This document shows, piece after piece, positions 36,732 through 39,349 of a DNA stretch of 39,349 nt (the first letter of the stretch is position 1; each line of letters starts with the position of its first letter). Below the pieces are notes generated by a model. The model searched no databases, had not been told where the DNA came from, and saw nothing but the letters and a program-made list of their open reading frames with translations. The DNA is taken from the NCBI GenBank assembly GCA_044450345.1, contig JBIOIY010000026.1, forward strand, positions 1 to 39,349, in the 5' to 3' direction. The position numbers and the translations under genes were made by a program. The DNA comes from Thermodesulfovibrionales bacterium. GTDB lineage: Bacteria > Nitrospirota > Thermodesulfovibrionia > Thermodesulfovibrionales > UBA6898.

Positions 36732-37700
36732 ATGAGGACAGTTCAAAAAGAATCCTTATTTTGTCTGTCGCGGGGATTGGTTTTTATCGCGTCGCTCCTG
36801 GTAGCTTCAACGCTCTTTTTTGCCTGGAGCACATCGGAGGCTGTAGCAGCATCGCAGGCGCTCTTTTCCTCTCCTGAAGATGCCTTGAAAGCCCTCGTCG
36901 AGGCCGTTAGCGCAAAAGACAAGGATGCTCTTGCACAGATATTCGGGCCTTCGGCAAAAGACCTTCGCTCGGGTGACGAGGTGCAGGCCGCCACTGAATT
37001 TGAAGAATTTGCCAAACACCTCGCGGAGAAAGCCGACCTTGTTAAAGAAGGTGATTCAAAGGTGATCCTTCAAATGGGGAAGGAGAACTGGCCTTTTCCG
37101 ATCCCGCTTGTAAGAAAGAATGAGCAGTGGTTCTTCGATACGGAAGCGGGCAGGGAAGAGATCCTGAACAGGCGGATCGGGGAAGACGAATTCACTGCCA
37201 TCCTGGTCTGCCGCTCTTATGTCAAGGCGCAGCGGGAATACGCGCTCAAGGACTGGGACGGCAACGAGGTGCTTGCGTATGCGCAGAAACTTCGGAGCGA
37301 TCCCGGCAGGAAAAACGGTCTTTTCTGGAGGGCAAAGCCGGGCGAAGAAGTGAGCCCCTTTGGTGAGCTCGTGGCACGCGCCTGGATGGAGGGCTACAAG
37401 AAGGAAAAGGCTGCTTTCAGAGAAGAGCCCGCGCCGTTTCATGGCTACTATTTCAAAATACTGGAAAGACAGGGAAAGAACGCCCCGGGGGGAAAATATA
37501 ATTACGTCATCAACGGCAACATGGTCGGGGGCTTCGCCCTCGTCGCATTTCCGTCAAACTGGGGCAAGTCAGGGGTAATGACCTTTATCGTGAATCAGCA
37601 GGGGAAGGTCTTCCAGAAGAACCTCGGCCCCGATACGATGAAGATCGCCCGCGAGATGAAGGACTACGATCCTGACAACAGCTGGACGCTTGTGAAGTAA
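36732..37700 (+). CDS. DUF2950-family protein
   Basis: FSSPEDA, WPFPIPL, EILNRRIG, PFHGYYFKIL, GGFALVAFP, SGVMTFIVN; DUF3300 is its usual gene partner. Confidence 0.88.
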   Translation: MRTVQKESLFCLSRGLVFIASLLVASTLFFAWSTSEAVAASQALFSSPEDALKALVEAVSAKDKDALAQIFGPSAKDLRSGDEVQAATEFEEFAKHLAEKADLVKEGDSKVILQMGKENWPFPIPLVRKNEQWFFDTEAGREEILNRRIGEDEFTAILVCRSYVKAQREYALKDWDGNEVLAYAQKLRSDPGRKNGLFWRAKPGEEVSPFGELVARAWMEGYKKEKAAFREEPAPFHGYYFKILERQGKNAPGGKYNYVINGNMVGGFALVAFPSNWGKSGVMTFIVNQQGKVFQKNLGPDTMKIAREMKDYDPDNSWTLVK

Positions 37701-37797
37701 AGATGAGTTCCACGCAACGGAGCTGGCCGAGATTAAGCCCAGACCGGCAAATTTCATGAGACGAGGGAGAAAAAATCAATGGAATCACGAGGGAAAA

Positions 37798-37874
<77 letters not shown>

Positions 37875-37962
37875 AACGGAAAAAACAGTATCAAAATATT
37901 AAGCGTCTTGGAGGAGTAAAGTCAAGTCGATATGAATCGATTATCTTTGGTACACTTTAAAG

Positions 37963-38727
37963 ATGGAGCCCTATAAGACAGTACCGGTTCTGAAGATCAA
38001 AGAGAAGCTGTCCTCTGTGACGGACGACCTTATCGCAGTAGAAAAAAAGCTTAGGATTTCTGTAAACGGAAAGAATGTGATCAGCCTGTATTGCACGCCC
38101 CTCATGGTCCGCGAACTCGTGACCGGGATAATCCATGATGAAGGGATCATCTCTGGTGAGTGGTGCGCGGACAGGATGGCTATCGAATACGATGACGAGA
38201 TAAGGGTGGATGTCCCGTCGTCGGGTAACCTTCATGAGGGGGAAAAGACAATCACTTCGGGCTGTGCGGGGGGTGTGAGTTTCGGCAGGGAGGCGGCCGG
38301 GATAGTCACCGACAACGTGTCATTCGCTGCAGAGACGATCAAGACGATGTTCAGGGAGTTCCAGCAGAAATCCGATGCATACAGGCTCACCGGAGGGGTG
38401 CACAGTGCGGCGCTGACCGATGGCAATAAAATACTCGTCTTTGCGGAAGACATAGGAAGGCACAATGCCGTCGACAAGGTCATCGGATATTGTCTGCTCG
38501 AAAATCTCCCCTTCAAAGGCATGATCATGCTTGCCAGCGGAAGGCTTTCCTCTGAGATCGTGTCCAAATGCGCGCGGTGCGCAATCCCGGTACTGGTCAG
38601 CAGGTCCGCCCCTACGAGCCTTGCAATAAAGATCGGCGAGTCTTCCGGCATCACCGTCATCGGATTTGTTCGCGGTGACCGCATGAACGTCTATACGGGA
38701 AGACAGAGGATACTTCTGTCACACTAA
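37963..38727 (+). CDS. fdhD: Formate dehydrogenase accessory sulfurtransferase FdhD
   Basis: ITSGC, TGGVHSAAL, EDIGRHNAVDKVIG, SGRLSSE, SAPTSLA, GFVR. Confidence 0.92.
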   Translation: MEPYKTVPVLKIKEKLSSVTDDLIAVEKKLRISVNGKNVISLYCTPLMVRELVTGIIHDEGIISGEWCADRMAIEYDDEIRVDVPSSGNLHEGEKTITSGCAGGVSFGREAAGIVTDNVSFAAETIKTMFREFQQKSDAYRLTGGVHSAALTDGNKILVFAEDIGRHNAVDKVIGYCLLENLPFKGMIMLASGRLSSEIVSKCARCAIPVLVSRSAPTSLAIKIGESSGITVIGFVRGDRMNVYTGRQRILLSH

Positions 38728-38887
38728 ACAGAGGGGAAATTCTGTCTAGGCGGTAGCGCGGCCACATCAGTCCCATCAGGGCCGATAAAAAAGGGTGTTT
38801 TTCTCCAAAATTATGTAATGCGGACATTATTCTGTCCCGCAGTAAAAAAAATGTTGAATTAGTTCTTGAAACTGCTATAATGTCCAA

Positions 38888-39349
38888 ATGAAACGCATTT
38901 TTCTTGCCGCCATTTTTCTCCTCCTCACCCAAGCCGTTTCTTATGCCCAGCCCGTGGCCCGATTTGTCCAGGTCGACCATGATTTCGGTGCTGTATCCGA
39001 CAAGGACACGGTCGAACATGTCTTCGAATTCTCGAATGCCGGGGATGACGACCTTTTGATAGAAAAGGTTGTCGCGGCCGCAGGCAACACCAAGGCAAAG
39101 GCCAGTTCGGGCCGCTTGAAACCGGGAGAAAAGGGGAGCATCACGGTGGTAGTCGATATGCGGGGAAAGAAGGGGATCTTCTCAAAAAATATAGATATAT
39201 ACACAAATGACCCGATAACTCCCGTCACTACATTGTCCGTGAAGATTTCCGTCAAGGACCGCATCCATATGGCCCAGTACAAGGCGACCGCTATATTTTC
39301 TGAAGAATGTCTTACATGCCATGTAGAACGGGGGCGGGGGAAAAAGGGG
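38888..39349 (+). CDS. Exported DUF1573 (Ig-like) protein with CxxCH heme motif, 3'-truncated by window edge (absent from the ORF track)
   Basis: MKRIFLAAIFLLLTQAVSYA signal, HDFG, FEFSNAGDDDLLI, LKPGEKG, YTNDP, and CLTCH at 39308-39322. Confidence 0.75.
   Translation, partial: MKRIFLAAIFLLLTQAVSYAQPVARFVQVDHDFGAVSDKDTVEHVFEFSNAGDDDLLIEKVVAAAGNTKAKASSGRLKPGEKGSITVVVDMRGKKGIFSKNIDIYTNDPITPVTTLSVKISVKDRIHMAQYKATAIFSEECLTCHVERGRGKKG

Noticed and set aside
37521..37531. ATGGTCGGGG as a possible att duplicate of the tRNA-Pro 3' end
   Set aside because: It is only about 10 bp, lies within conserved DUF2950 codons (MVGG) and is too close to the tRNA, so it is probably chance.

Overview
A 39.3-kb bacterial window, probably from an anaerobic Nitrospirota- or deltaproteobacteria-like organism (inferred from gene content only). 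The left half (about 0.7-18.5 kb) is a nitrogen-starvation/nitrogen-fixation accessory region with four sigma-54 promoters. Each is preceded by the same tandem ACA-N4-TGT enhancer-like motif and an IHF-like site at fixed spacing. The four units are: (1) nifB (SAM domain only)-small membrane ORF-hesA-modABC; (2) a stand-alone NifA-like HTH mini-protein, a beta-barrel porin, an APC permease and a PP2C-Ser/Thr kinase fusion; (3) a divergent PII, an SMR/YnfA-like protein and an Amt with altered S1-site residues; (4) canonical amtB-glnK. A TMTC-like GT-C/TPR gene and a dusB/nifR3-family gene lie between units 2 and 3. Next is a three-gene formate dehydrogenase: a NuoE-like subunit, a NuoF-GltD fusion, and a selenocysteine FdhA with an in-frame UGA and SECIS. 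About 12.6 kb of accessory DNA then runs to the 3' end of tRNA-Pro(CGG). It holds two histidine kinases, a HEPN-like remnant, a full-length group IIB intron, a frameshifted Spy/CpxP-like gene, a TPR gene, DUF3300 and DUF2950. fdhD and a partial DUF1573-cytochrome c gene end the window. All calls come from reading motifs by eye; no database searches were run.
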